From Salpingoeca rosetta (Eukaryota > Protista > Choanoflagellata), in contig JAWQFM010000016.1 in assembly GCA_033442325.1 (NCBI GenBank), positions 1,035,679-1,099,678 of the forward strand: a DNA stretch of 64,000 nucleotides, given 5' to 3'. Made by a program: the position numbers and the translations under genes. The notes under the pieces were generated by a model that was not told the DNA's origin, did no database searches, and worked only from the letters and a program-made list of their open reading frames with translations. Below, one piece after another: positions 41,847-54,226 of the stretch (positions are counted from its first letter, which is position 1; each line of letters opens with the position of its first letter).

Positions 41847-42572
41847 CATGGTACGCTGCTGTGTATTTGGCGCATGTGACGCATTCGGTGAACGTTCTCC
41901 GTCCCATTCCCTGCACCATTCTTTGTACCGACACTCACTCACCTCTTCCTTCCTCGTGTTTCTTCTCTTCCTTCCTCTTAACACGCCCCACCCCCCTTCT
42001 CTCTCTCTCTCTCTCCACCAATCCACGGCCACCACGCAGGCACGCTCGGCAAGGCGTTTGGCGTGAGCGGCGGGTTTGTTGCGAGCAAGCGGCACGTGAT
42101 TGACGTGATCCGCTCCACAGCGCCGTCGTTCATCTTCACCACGTCCATGTCCCCAGTGGTGGCGGCGGGCGCGCTGGCGTCGGTGCGACACGTGCGGCAG
42201 CAGGGCGAGGACCGCGCTGTGATGATGGTCACATGCAGCCGCATCAAGCAGCGCATGATTGACGCCCACCTCCCGCTCATGTCCACGCAGACGCACATCA
42301 TGCCGCTGCTTGTGGGTGAGGGCAGCCTGTGCAAGCGCCTCTCTGACGAGTTGCTTGCGCTCGGTATCTACGTGCAGCCCATCAACTACCCGTCTGTGCC
42401 CAAGGGCGAGGAGCTGTTGCGGTTCACGGCGGGCCCAAAGCACACGGAGAAGCACATTGCCCACCTCATCTCATGCCTGTCAGACGTGTTTTCCCGCCAC
42501 GGCCTGCTCACCACGCAGACGACCAACCCAAAGCTGGACGCCGTGGCCGCCAGCGCCTCCGCCACACAATGA
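39849..42572 (+). CDS. ALAS: 5-aminolevulinate synthase, mitochondrial; exons 39849-40887, 41198-41379, 41620-41809, 42040-42572
   Basis: Arg/Ala/Ser-rich presequence; CP motifs; RYREF; [10 protein letters not shown]; [12 protein letters not shown]; FNSCYTANL; [13 protein letters not shown]; FESVYSMSG; [10 protein letters not shown]; GTLGKAFG (PLP Lys); SFIFTTS; [18 protein letters not shown]. Confidence 0.95.
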
Positions 42573-42954
42573 ACGCACACTTTTGGAGTGGCTGAGCGAG
42601 CCTCGGGTTTCTTGTGAGGGGTGTTTGATGATGTCGAGAGACGTATGATCGTGCATGTGTTTGCCTGTCTTTTGATTGCACGTTGTCTTGCTGCGACACT
42701 GCTCGCGCTGGTGTCATTTTTTCTTTCGTCCCGTGTGCGTTGATGCTCGTGCACCCCTGCCCTTTCTTGCCTCGTGTGTTGCATTTCCCTTTTGACTGTC
42801 GTCTTGCTTGCCTGCCCTGGTTTAGTAGTTCGCTCGCCCTCCCTCTGTTTTCTTTCGTTTGTCACATCACGTTGCCCTCGCTGTGTGTGAACCACGCAGT
42901 TACACTTTGAGTTTGGGAGAATGAATCGAGACTGACCGAGTTTGATCCACCAAC

Positions 42955-43046
<92 letters not shown>

Positions 43047-43418
43047 GGCTCTCATCGCACGCGTGGTTGTGGTGCTGTGGCTATATGGGGTTGAAAGCGC
43101 GCTGGGAGAAAGCTTAATTGAGCAGGTACACGAGAGAACGCAGAGAGGTGTGCAGCGGGAATGGTGAGGATCGAGGGTTGTCATGGCGAATATGGCGATG
43201 CAAGGCAAAGCAGGGCAAGACAAAAGAAGAGGGACAACACCGTTGAACAGGAAGAAACAACAACGAATGAAGCACTTGGCGAGTGTGCCACACTACAAGT
43301 CGTGTCGCATCATCCCATGACATGCCAGTGTGATTTCCCGCTTCTCCCGTGCTATGGTTGCAACTACAACCAATTGCACTTGCTGGACCAACTGCAATTG
43401 CGGTTGTGGTTGTCGGTG

Positions 43419-45139
43419 TTAGCGGTACAGGTGCTCGGCCTCGATGTTCTTCTGGATCTCAACCTCCCACTTGTCGCCGTTCGCCAGCAGCTTGTCCTTG
43501 TTGTACAGCAGCTCCTGTTGAAGCCGTGACGGCGGTGAGATGAGACGATTGGAATGTGCATGTGTGCGTGTGCGTGTGTGTGTGTGTGCGTGTGCGTGTG
43601 TGTGTGCGCGTGTGTGTGTGCGCGTGTGTGTGCGTGCGTGTGTGTGTGTGTGTGTGTGTTCGTGTGTGTGTGTGCGTGTGTGTGTGTGTTCGTGTGTGTG
43701 TGTGTGTGTGTGTGTGTACCTGGTGGGTTTCGGTCGAGTATTCAAAGTTGGGGCCCTCGACAATGGCGTCCACAGGGCAGGCCTCCTGCATTTGTACACA
43801 ACACAACACCAAGAAAGCAGGCGGCGGTGAGGGGTTGATTGTGCGTGCGCGATTGAACTTTTTTATGTGCATGTGTGTGTATGTCGTGTGTATGTCGTGT
43901 ATGTCGTGTGTGTCGTGTGTATGTCGTGTGGCGCAAGGGGAAGAAGAGGAAAGTTGCAGGAACGGGGGAAGCGTGAATTGCACGGCGCAGCACACACGAG
44001 CGCAAAGCAACACATGCCTGGCAGAATCCGCAGAAGATGCACTTGGTCATGTCAATGTCGTAGCGGGTGGTGCGACGGCTGCCGTCCTCACGAGGCACCG
44101 TCTCGATGGTGATGGCCTGAAGGCAAATTTCAAAGAACCATAAAATTAGTTGTGCGTGTGTGCATATGTGTTGTAAAGAAGCCGATGGGAAGTGGCAAGG
44201 CAGACACGCCAAACACCACGCGGGAAAACGGGTGTACGCACGCACAAAAACGACACACGCACACGTGCACGCAAAGGATGCATGCAGCCACACGCAACAC
44301 AGCATTCCGCGTTTCCTCCAGCACCCACGCACCCACACATGTATCGCATGGCTCACAAGTGCGGACCTGGGCGGGGCAGATGGCTTCGCAGAGCTTGCAG
44401 GCGATGCAGCGCTCCTCGCCAGATGGGTAGCGGCGGAGGGCGTGCTCGCCACGGAAGCGGGGGCTGAGCGGGCCCTTCTCAAAGGGGTAGTAGATTGTGG
44501 CCGGCTTGCGGAAGTAGTACGACAGCGTCATGCCCATGCCGCGGAGCACCTCTGTCAGGAACAGCGTCTTTGACGCAGACTCCATCACGTCCTCAAACGA
44601 CTTTTCCTCTGTCACATTTGGGAAGCCGGGGGCGGGCGGGGGGGGGAGGGGAGGTGTGTGGATTGGATTGTGGTGTGTTTGCGTGTTTGCGTGTGAGTGA
44701 GTAGGGTGTGTGTGTGCATGTGTGTGGGTAGGTAAGAGAGAGAGAGTGTGTGTGTGTTTGCGTGTTTGCGTGTGAGTGAGTGTGTGTGTGAGTGTGTGTG
44801 TGTGTGAGTGTGTGTGTGTGTGTGTGAGTGAGTGAGTGAGTGCGTGTGTGAGTGAGTGAGTGAGTGAGCGAGTGTATGCATACAAATGCATACGTGTTCA
44901 CGTGTGGTTGATGGTGATGGGTGAGCGAATGCGCCAGCACGACACTCGCAGCGTTTGCTCAGTTGCTGCAGCCAACATGGACACGCACGGCAACCACAAA
45001 ACGCAGCCGTACCATATCTGTAGTCCACGTTGTCCACGTATTTCTTCTCAACAGACATGGCTGCCCGCTGTGCCGTGACACCGGCCAGCCGTGGCACAAC
45101 GGCTGTTCGCCTCGTCGCCAGCCGAATCAAACCACTCAT
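43419..45139 (-). CDS. NDUFS8: NADH:ubiquinone oxidoreductase TYKY/23-kDa Fe-S subunit, multi-exon
   Basis: [46 protein letters not shown]; [37 protein letters not shown]; [17 protein letters not shown]; mitochondrial presequence. Confidence 0.97.
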
Positions 45140-45461
45140 CGCTCTGTGTGCTCTGTGGTGCTCTGTTGGTTGTTGCTGCTTCGTCTGTGTGTGATTGCTC
45201 GGAAATGGGCGATACGGCGGATTTGGCACTTCACGCTCTTTGCTACAAAACATACACAATTTTTCTACAAGTGCCGGTTTCATTTCATGCTGTCGACAAC
45301 GACGCCTCAAATCAAACGGTGGTTGGTTGGTTGGCGACGACAAACAACAAGCAGCTGCTGAGCCAACAAGCAAGCGAGCAAGCCAAACTGAGCGAGTGCA
45401 TGACGTGAGTGGCTGGCGTGCTATCCACAGCAGCGACGTGAGGTAGGGACACAACACCACC

Positions 45462-46008
45462 ATGGACGAGGAGAACACGCCGGTGACGGTAGCGGGGATG
45501 CAGTTTGATGAACTGTCGAAGATCCGCGTCTTGGACCCAGAGAAACACGAGGTGAGGTGTGCTGTACTGTTGCTGCGGTGGTGATGTGCGCATGGGTTGA
45601 CGTTGGATGTCTGTTGCAATTGACATGCTGCTGATGTCCTTGCTGCTGATGTCCTTGCTGTTATTGTCCTTGCTGTTGTTGCTTGGAAACTGCAGCAAAC
45701 AGAGGAGCTTGGCGAAGAATGCAGAACCTTTTTGGAGAGTGAGTCTTGTGGGTAGCGGGTGCACTCTGTTTCGGCTGCGCCGGTTCTGTTGCGTTGCTCG
45801 TCATCGCTGTGCTGGGTCGTTTCATATGAATCGTACACACACACACACACACATACACACACACACACACGCAAGACGCAAGCTGATGGGTCGTTTCATA
45901 TGAATCGTGCACACACACACACACACACACACACACGCAAGCTGATACATACACACACATCCACTCACTCACTCACTCACACACACACACTTCCACACAC
46001 ACACACTT

Positions 46009-46045
<37 letters not shown>

Positions 46046-46619
46046 CTCTCTCTCTCTCTCTCTTTCACACACGCTCTCACTCCCTCACTCCCTCACACAC
46101 TCTACTCTCACGCTGACACCCTCATTCACACACCCTCTCATTCACGCACACTTGCACACACGCTCAATCGCGTGCAGAGATCAACTCGTTCCACACGGTC
46201 ATGGGCGGGTTTGTTGAGCTTGTGGACCGGTTGGCAAAGGCTGTGGACGACGAGAAGATGAAGGCAATTGGCGCGCGGGCAGCGGTGGACTCCCTCAGCA
46301 AGAAGCGACAATCTGAGGAACAGCTGCTCCAAGCCATGATTGCAGAGAAGCGCGCAGAGCTCGAGAGGTGCGTACGCGTGTGTTTGTGTGCTTGTTTGTG
46401 TGCTTGTGCGTGTGTGTACATGTGCGTGTGTGTGTGCGTGCGTGTATGTGTGTGCATACGTGTGCGCATGCTTTCTTCATGCACACGCATGCGCTCCAAC
46501 GCATTCTCACACACGCGTACGAATCGCTGCTGTACAGACTGCAAGTGGAGCAAGACAGCTTGGAGCGTGTGATTCAGGACCAGGACCAATTCATCACCAC
46601 CCACGTCATGAACAAGTGA
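45462..46619 (+). CDS. IFT20: Intraflagellar transport protein 20, four exons
   Basis: GMQFDELSKIRVLDPE; QTEELGEECRTF; VDDEKMKAIGAR; IAEKRAELER; LQVEQDSL..QDQFI. Confidence 0.9.
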
Positions 46620-47258
46620 TGATGATGTGGTGGATTGGCACAAAAACACAGAGTCCTACAGTGGTTCCGTGGGACTACGAACCCAGAGACAGTTGTGCGT
46701 GCGTGCGTGCGTGTGCGTGCGTGTGTGTGTGTGTGTGTGTGTGTGCGTGCGTGTGCGTGTGTGCGTGTGTTTGTGTATTAGTTTGTTGAGAAAGACGTGG
46801 CTTTCGAGAGGAGATACCCGAACAGACACACGCGCACGTGCGCGCAAGCTTGTCGTTCGCACTCCTGTGTTACAACTTTGCCACATACTTTGGTTTTCTT
46901 CCGTGTGCTTATGGTGTTGCTGTGAGGGCGGCTGTACCGTCATGGAAGAGTTTGAAGGGGGAAGGAGGCGGCAATCGATTATTGGTTGTCATCATCTTGT
47001 ATTGAACCACAACAGCGAATCAAGCAGCCCAACACATGGCGGGGGTGTGTGAGGCAACTTTGAAGAATCAGCGATCAGGTGGACGCACACACACACACAG
47101 AGCGACAGCGAGAGGGGGGAGGGAGAGGGGGAATGTGTGTACACATGCATCGACACCGACACATTCTCCTACAGACACACAGACACACATGCGCGTACAC
47201 ACACACATGTACACAGAGGCGTATTTGTAACAAGACCTTGACACCGTGCATGTGCAGT

Positions 47259-47831
47259 TTATCTCTTCTTGCGGCCGCGTCGCCCCTGCCGCTTATCGTG
47301 TCTCGGCTCTGCGGCTTTGCTCGCCTTGCTTGCTGCTTTCGCCTTTGCCTTTGCCTCTTCCCTCGCTTCCTTCTGCACGCGTGTGAGTGAGTGTGTGTGT
47401 TTGTGTGTGAGAGCGAGAGAGAGAGAGAGAGAGAGAGAGTGTGTGTGTGTGTGAGTGAATCAGAGTGAGTGTGTGTGATTGAGTGAGTGTGTGAGTGTAT
47501 GTGTGTGTTTGAAACAGTGGCCAGTGCGACGATGACTTGTGGTGGTGTGCATCACAATCTACCAGCGACAACACATCGTGATTTATGGACGCACCTCTTT
47601 CTGCAGCTTGCGCTCCTCAGAGTGCTTGATCTTGTCTGCCAAGTAGCAGTACAACGCCTTGCCTGCATATGACGAGGGCGGAAGGGAGGGGTGTTGGTGA
47701 AGGCGAGTGTGCAATGGGGAACGCAAAAGAGAATGAGGAGGGTTCTGGTAGACGACAGCGATAGGTGCGTGTGGGTTCCAAAGGGACACCATCCGACAAA
47801 AGCACACGCACATGCACGCGCACGCGCACAT

Positions 47832-47908
<77 letters not shown>

Positions 47909-48598
47909 CACACACACACACGCACAGGCGCATCTCGCACTCACGATCTGGAAACTCGGGGTTCACCAAGGAGCCATCTGCGTTCTTGAGCTGTGCGCGG
48001 AGACGGCCGCGCGTCAAGTAGTCACGGCAGTACGCTTTGTTCTACAGGCGCAATGAAGTTGAGAGTGACAGCACGCGCGACGGTGAGGAGCGAGCGCAGG
48101 AAGGCATTGTGCACGTTAAAGCGACAGCCACAGGTGTGTGTGTGTGTGTGCAGAGGCTGGCAGTCAATCACAGAAAGAGAGAGATAGAGAGGGAGGGGGA
48201 GGGAGCGAGACACACGCAGACACACACACACACACACAGACACACACACAGGTGCGCACACCGATCCACACAAACACACCTCCACTTTGGCTGGCAACTG
48301 AAAGTCATCGGACGACACTGCACGGATAATGTCGCGGATGTCTGGCTTGTCAACGGCCTGTGGAGGGATAGACGAAAGCAAGAGCGTGAGCTGTTGTTGG
48401 GCGAGAAGTGCAGCGAGAGCAAAAGACAAGAGCGAGTGCTCATGCGCAGACACAGACACAGACAGACACAGACACACAGACAACCTTCTCCTTTGGAATG
48501 CGACGGCCTTGTGCAATGGTCTTCTCAGAGTCGATGTATGCCGGGTACACCACCACCCATCGCTCAGGGTTTGTTGGGTCGGTCGTCTGATGCGCCAT
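47259..48598 (-). CDS. SRP19: Signal recognition particle 19-kDa protein, multi-exon
   Basis: RWVVVYPAYIDSEKTIAQGRRIPKEK/AVDKP; KAYCRD..RGRLRAQLKNADGS; basic C-terminus GRRGRKKR*. Confidence 0.9.
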
Positions 48599-48909
48599 CG
48601 TTCTCTCACACACCACCAGCAGATATTGGACTACAGTTTATGGTGTCGAACCACATCCTCTGAGCTGGTCGTGCTTCTTTTGGATTGGTGGCGTTCATTT
48701 CCATCCTCCAACCAACAGAACCAGCCAGCCAGCCAGCCAGCCAACCAAGCTTCTCATCAGCAAGCAATCGCGCCACCCCGGAAGCTTGTCGCATGCACGC
48801 GGCATGCACGCGGCCACCACAGTGCACAGCCACAAAAGTAACAAACACAACAAACAAACGCAGCATCACCCCTCCCTCTCACCGTCGCCACCACCACCAC
48901 CATGCTCGC

Positions 48910-49315
48910 TTAGACCTGGTCGACAAAGGAGACAATAATGTAACGGGTCCCCTTTGTGACGTAGAGCCCTTCGTGCTGGTGCGTGAGGCGGCCCGGGTGG
49001 ATGAGCGCGTGCCCCATCTTGTTGGTGAGCACGGTGCAGTTTTGGCGCGTGAACCGCGTGCCGCCGCCTTCAAAGTCCTCGCCAATCCGGTTGAGCGCCA
49101 CGTTGAGGCTGAACGTGGACGCGTCGTGGTGCTTGCGCAGGAACGGCTGCCCCTCTGGCTGGTACTTGACGACAAAGTCGAGCGTCACCCTCCCGTCCAG
49201 CTTGTATCCAACCCACTGCGTCTCCGCCACGGGCGCCACAAACCGCCGCAGGATGGCCGTCCTGTGAGAGAAAGGTGGGGGGGGGGGTTGAGAGCGGGCG
49301 AGGAAAGAGAGTACA

Positions 49316-49411
<96 letters not shown>

Positions 49412-49748
49412 CACGACCATGCTGGAGATCATTCTGACATTGTTGCTGACCGCAATCCATCCCCCTCTCTTTCTAAGTACCCGACTCGTCCCAGCAAACG
49501 CACCACGTCTCCTGGAAGCCCATCTGGTTGAAGTGGATGTCGCGCGTTGGGACGGGCTCATATCCGCTCTTGAGGCGGTCGTCCGAGTTGCTGCCAGAGG
49601 ACCTGGGAGGGGTGGGGGACAACAGATGTGTGGGGTAGAACAGGTGACGATATGGCGATAAGGCAAGCAGAGGGTAGCAGGGTGGAGGAAACAACGTCAC
49701 TGTGTACACATATGCACGTGTGCAATCGCAACAAAGCAAAAACACAAA

Positions 49749-49799
<51 letters not shown>

Positions 49800-51253
49800 G
49801 TACCATGTGCCGACGGCTTCGGAGACGTCGATAAAGTGTGCGCAGAAGAGTTCAGAGAAGAGTGGGAAGTTGTAAATGTCCCAGCAGCGGCCCTGCACAA
49901 ACTCGAGCTTCTTGTAGGGCTCGTAGTCTGGGTGGATGTACAGGTCGCGCCAGTGCTGCTCGTTGCCTGCAAGCAAAAACACGTCGGGGTGCACCGAGTT
50001 TGCGTTGAAGCCGTCCGGGTTGATCAGCAGCCCGTAAAAGTGCCGGTTGTCCACATGCAACTTCACCTGCGTGTGTGTATGTGTGTTTGTGCGTGTGTGT
50101 TTAGTGCGCGTATGTAAAGTGTGCGTGTGTACATGCATGTGTCAAGTGTGCATGTACGTATGTGTATGAATGTGTGTGTGTGTGTGTGCATGCATGTACG
50201 TATGTACATGAACATGTGTGAGCGTGTGCATGCGTCCGCTTGGCCCACATCGGCACACCGCACCACCACACGCTCAACACCGGACAAACAGCTCTTCGAA
50301 CACACACCAAGACAGCACACCTCCCCTTTCCCCTTTCCCCCTTCTCACATCTCCCCCACCTCCTCCCGGGCACACCTTGCTGCTGCGGAGCTGGTCCAGC
50401 AGGTACGCGGTGAGCGGAAAGTCGAAGCGCAGCGGACTGCCGGGCTGTGTCTCCAACTGCGACAGCGCCTTCACCACAATGTTAAACGCGTTTAGCTTCA
50501 TGAGGATGACTTCGCTGACGAGCGGCACCGCCCACGTGCCTGTCTGCTCCGCCTTGATGATGGACATGTAGTCCGCAGATCGGCGGTACTTGATGTTCTC
50601 CGGTGCGCCCTGTGCATGGCACACCTCGCAGCTGCGCTGGCAGTGCTTCTATACGTCGTGGAAGGAAAAAACAAAACGTGAGATCAGGGCGAGAGGTGTG
50701 TGTATGTGTGTTTGTGTGTATGTGTGTGTGTGCGGGGGGAGTCTTACAGGTGGGAGCACCTCAGCGCATGCAAACACAGCGGCGCACGCAGCACGCACAC
50801 GTAGTAAACACACGAGCAACAACACATACAGGCAGCGTGCACGCGTAACACAAGCAGGTGGTAAAAACACAACACACACGCATGCACACACACACACACA
50901 CACAACCAACCTTCATGTATGGCTCGTTCTTGGTGCACTCGCCGGCCACCGCCCACGCCTCGCACTGCGCCGAGTCGTCAAAGCACTGGGCGTCTCGGTC
51001 GCCCGTGGCTGCGCCCCAGAAGTTGGAGAAGAACGACGCCTCCCGCGTCATCATGGGTGACACCACTCGCAGGTCCTGCGCAAGCAGCTCACCAAGCACC
51101 GTGCTGTTCATGAGGCGGGCCGCGGACGTGTGGTAGAGCACGTGTGTTGTGGGCTGTGTTTCCATGGCAACGGTGAACAGCTTGCGCATGGCCTGCTCAG
51201 AGTCCTCCTGCGGCTCGTGTAGCACCGTCACGCCGGCAAACAGCTGCATTTGG

Positions 51254-51352
<99 letters not shown>

Positions 51353-51970
51353 AGGGGAGCAGGATGAGGGCGCGCGTGTGAGAGATTGAAACAAGCCAGT
51401 GTGCAAACGAGCAAGTTAGAGCGCAAACAGGGGCACTGAATAATCACACACACACACACACACCTGCTTGTTGTCGCGGGTAAAGTTCTGCACGAGCTCG
51501 ACGTATGTGTGTGCGTGCGGGTTGTCGACAACAGCGGCCACAAACGTCACGGGATGTGTACGCAGCAGATCCTGCGCAGCAATGCCATCAAGCACAAGCT
51601 GCAGGTACGATGGTTGGTGTGTCGTATTGATTAGATATGTGAGGTGGTGGAAAGGGAAGAGAAGATGAGGCAGGGAAGGGAAGGGAAGGGAGGCATGGAA
51701 GGGGGCAACCACACACACATACATACATACACACATACATACATACACACACATACACATACACATACACACACACATCCGAACACAAACCACGCCTGCC
51801 GCAAGTTAACAGTAAACACACCTGCAGGAACGGCGATTCTGGGAGGACGTTGAATGCGATGGTGACGGCGGCGTTGGGGTCCACACTCTCCAGCGTCTTG
51901 CTCGTCAGCGACTGCGTATCAGGATGCCACCTACACACGAACGTGCGCACACGCACGCACACACACACAC

Positions 51971-52008
<38 letters not shown>

Positions 52009-52261
52009 GAAGTTGATGAGGGAGCGTCGCTTCTCGTGATATCTCACACAAACACACCGCACCAACAGCTCTCCACACCTCTCTCCACCAGTCCACGCGT
52101 TACGCGTACTTGAGGGGCATGTAGTTGTTGAGCTGTGTGAGGAGCTTCGTGTTGCCGTGGCTGATGAGGATGCCTGGGTACTCGCTGGTGTCCTTGTTGC
52201 GCAGCCGCGTATCCTCCTCAGAGTGGAACTCATACTCCGCAGCAAACACCGCTGCGTGCGA

Positions 52262-52346
<85 letters not shown>

Positions 52347-53005
52347 TGAGGAGAAGTTATGCGGTGTTATGCACAGTTGCTTGCTCCCCTTCCCCTCTTC
52401 ACTGCAGCAACAACAACAACGCCCATGTTCGTCTCTCCCCGTCCACGGTAGCAGCAGCGCACCTGCAGGCCACTCGTCCTTATAGCCAAAGAGCGGCTGG
52501 AAGACGGCAAAGTTTGTGTCGAGCTTCATCCCTGCAGCCGCACACACAGAGGGAGGGGAATGGTGAGCACACGTGCACGCACCAGCAGAACAAGAGCAAG
52601 AACAAGAACGAGAACAAGAACGAGAACAACCCACAACTTAACCAGCAAGAATAACGAGAATGACAATAACAGCAGCAGCACCAACAATAACAACAGCAGC
52701 AGCGACCCCACCGTAAAAGTCGCGGTCTGTCATGAAGAGGGCGATGAGCTGGTCGCTCTCGGACATGTTGGGCACCGTCGAGAGGTCCGGGAACGAGTCC
52801 ACAAGCAGCTTGAACTTGTCGCCTTTTGCCATAAACGCAGACGGCACCAGGAACCGCCCATGTCCCTCAGGCACCAGGGGCCAGTCCTTGAATCAATTGC
52901 AGCAAGTGTGCCAGGGGTGAATGGGTGACGTCTCTGTTGGTGTGTTGTCACAGCCGAGGCACACACGGAGACAAGCTCGCTCAGAGAGTCGGACAGGGAG
53001 CCAAT

Positions 53006-53085
<80 letters not shown>

Positions 53086-54226
53086 CACACACCATTGCGC
53101 AGCGGCGCTTGCAGCGGATGGCGGCTGGGAAGAGGATGCCGCAATCCAGCGCGTTGAACTTGCGGGTCAGCTCCGTCGCCTCAGCCAACAGCACCGTGTC
53201 CTCTCTGCAGGTTGGTCCACAAGGAGCAAGTCAGTGAGCTCGTTGGCTGTGCTTGCATGCACACGCATGAATGCGCGCGCGCAGAGCTTAGCTCACCCCC
53301 CAACAGCAAGCGCGCAAGCAAACGCACACGCACGCACGCGCACACACACACACACACAGACACACACACACACACACACACGAATTCCACACACACACAC
53401 CACCACCACCCCATGTGTCCCTTCACACGACAAGGAGACGTACGCGTCACCGATGAAGAGGACGACGTCGTTTGGGTTGGTGTTGGCCAGCTGCTCAGCC
53501 ACGTCGCGCAGCTCCTTGCTGCCGAGCCCCGCGCCTGCGCTGACATAGGTTGCCTCGAGACCTTGGACGGCGAGCGAGTCGGTGAACGCGTCCCATGCAT
53601 CGTTGTCGCCCAGCTGGCTGCGCCGAGCCACCACGTGCAGCACCCCAGAGTTTTGCACTGCCACGCTGGCCTTTGTGTACATGGACTCGTGTGGACCCAG
53701 TGGCTCTGAGATGGACGGCACGGCACATCCCACGTGTATGCATACAAGCACATGCGCGTGCGCAAGTGAGCTGAGAGGAAAGGGGGGGGGGCGACGACTG
53801 TCGGGCTCTGACAGTTTGAGGACGAGCAACTCAAAACAAGAAAGCATACATATGTGCACACACACACACTGCACGTGTGTGCATGAACACACGCACACAC
53901 ATGTGCACACACACATGTGTGCACGCGCGCGCACACAAATTCCACACACGCACACATCCCCCCAACACACAAGCATACATACACAGACCTGGTGGGTTCC
54001 AGACCCGACGGCGAAGAGCGAGGTTCGTTGTGGAACACGAAGGGTTGCTTGCATCACAGCTGCCCCCAGTCATTGTAGTTTCAACTCCTGCTTGCTCTGC
54101 ACCACTCGCTCCAACCATCACCGACACCACCGACACCACCGACACCGACACCAGCAGCAGCAGCGCCAGCCCTCCCGCTGTTGCTGTTGCTGTCACTGTT
54201 GTGCTCATCCTCCGCATTCTGAGCAT
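48910..54226 (-). CDS. PLOD: Procollagen-lysine 2-oxoglutarate 5-dioxygenase (PLOD/LH-type, GT-like + 2OG-Fe(II) domains) with an internal ShKT domain, multi-exon
   Basis: Signal peptide; VVLFIGDAEDTV; KLDTNFAVFQPL; ILISHGN; SNFWGA; YRRSADY..GTWAVP; VDNRHFYGLL; RLKSGYEPVPTRDIHFNQMGF; FVVKYQPEGQPFLRKHHDASTFSLNVALN; HPGRLTHQHEGLYVTKGTRYIIVSFVD. Confidence 0.9.

Noticed and set aside
43419-45139. NDUFS8 as a member of the heme cluster
   Set aside because: Adjacent, mitochondrial and iron-dependent, but not a heme-pathway enzyme; adjacency alone is insufficient.
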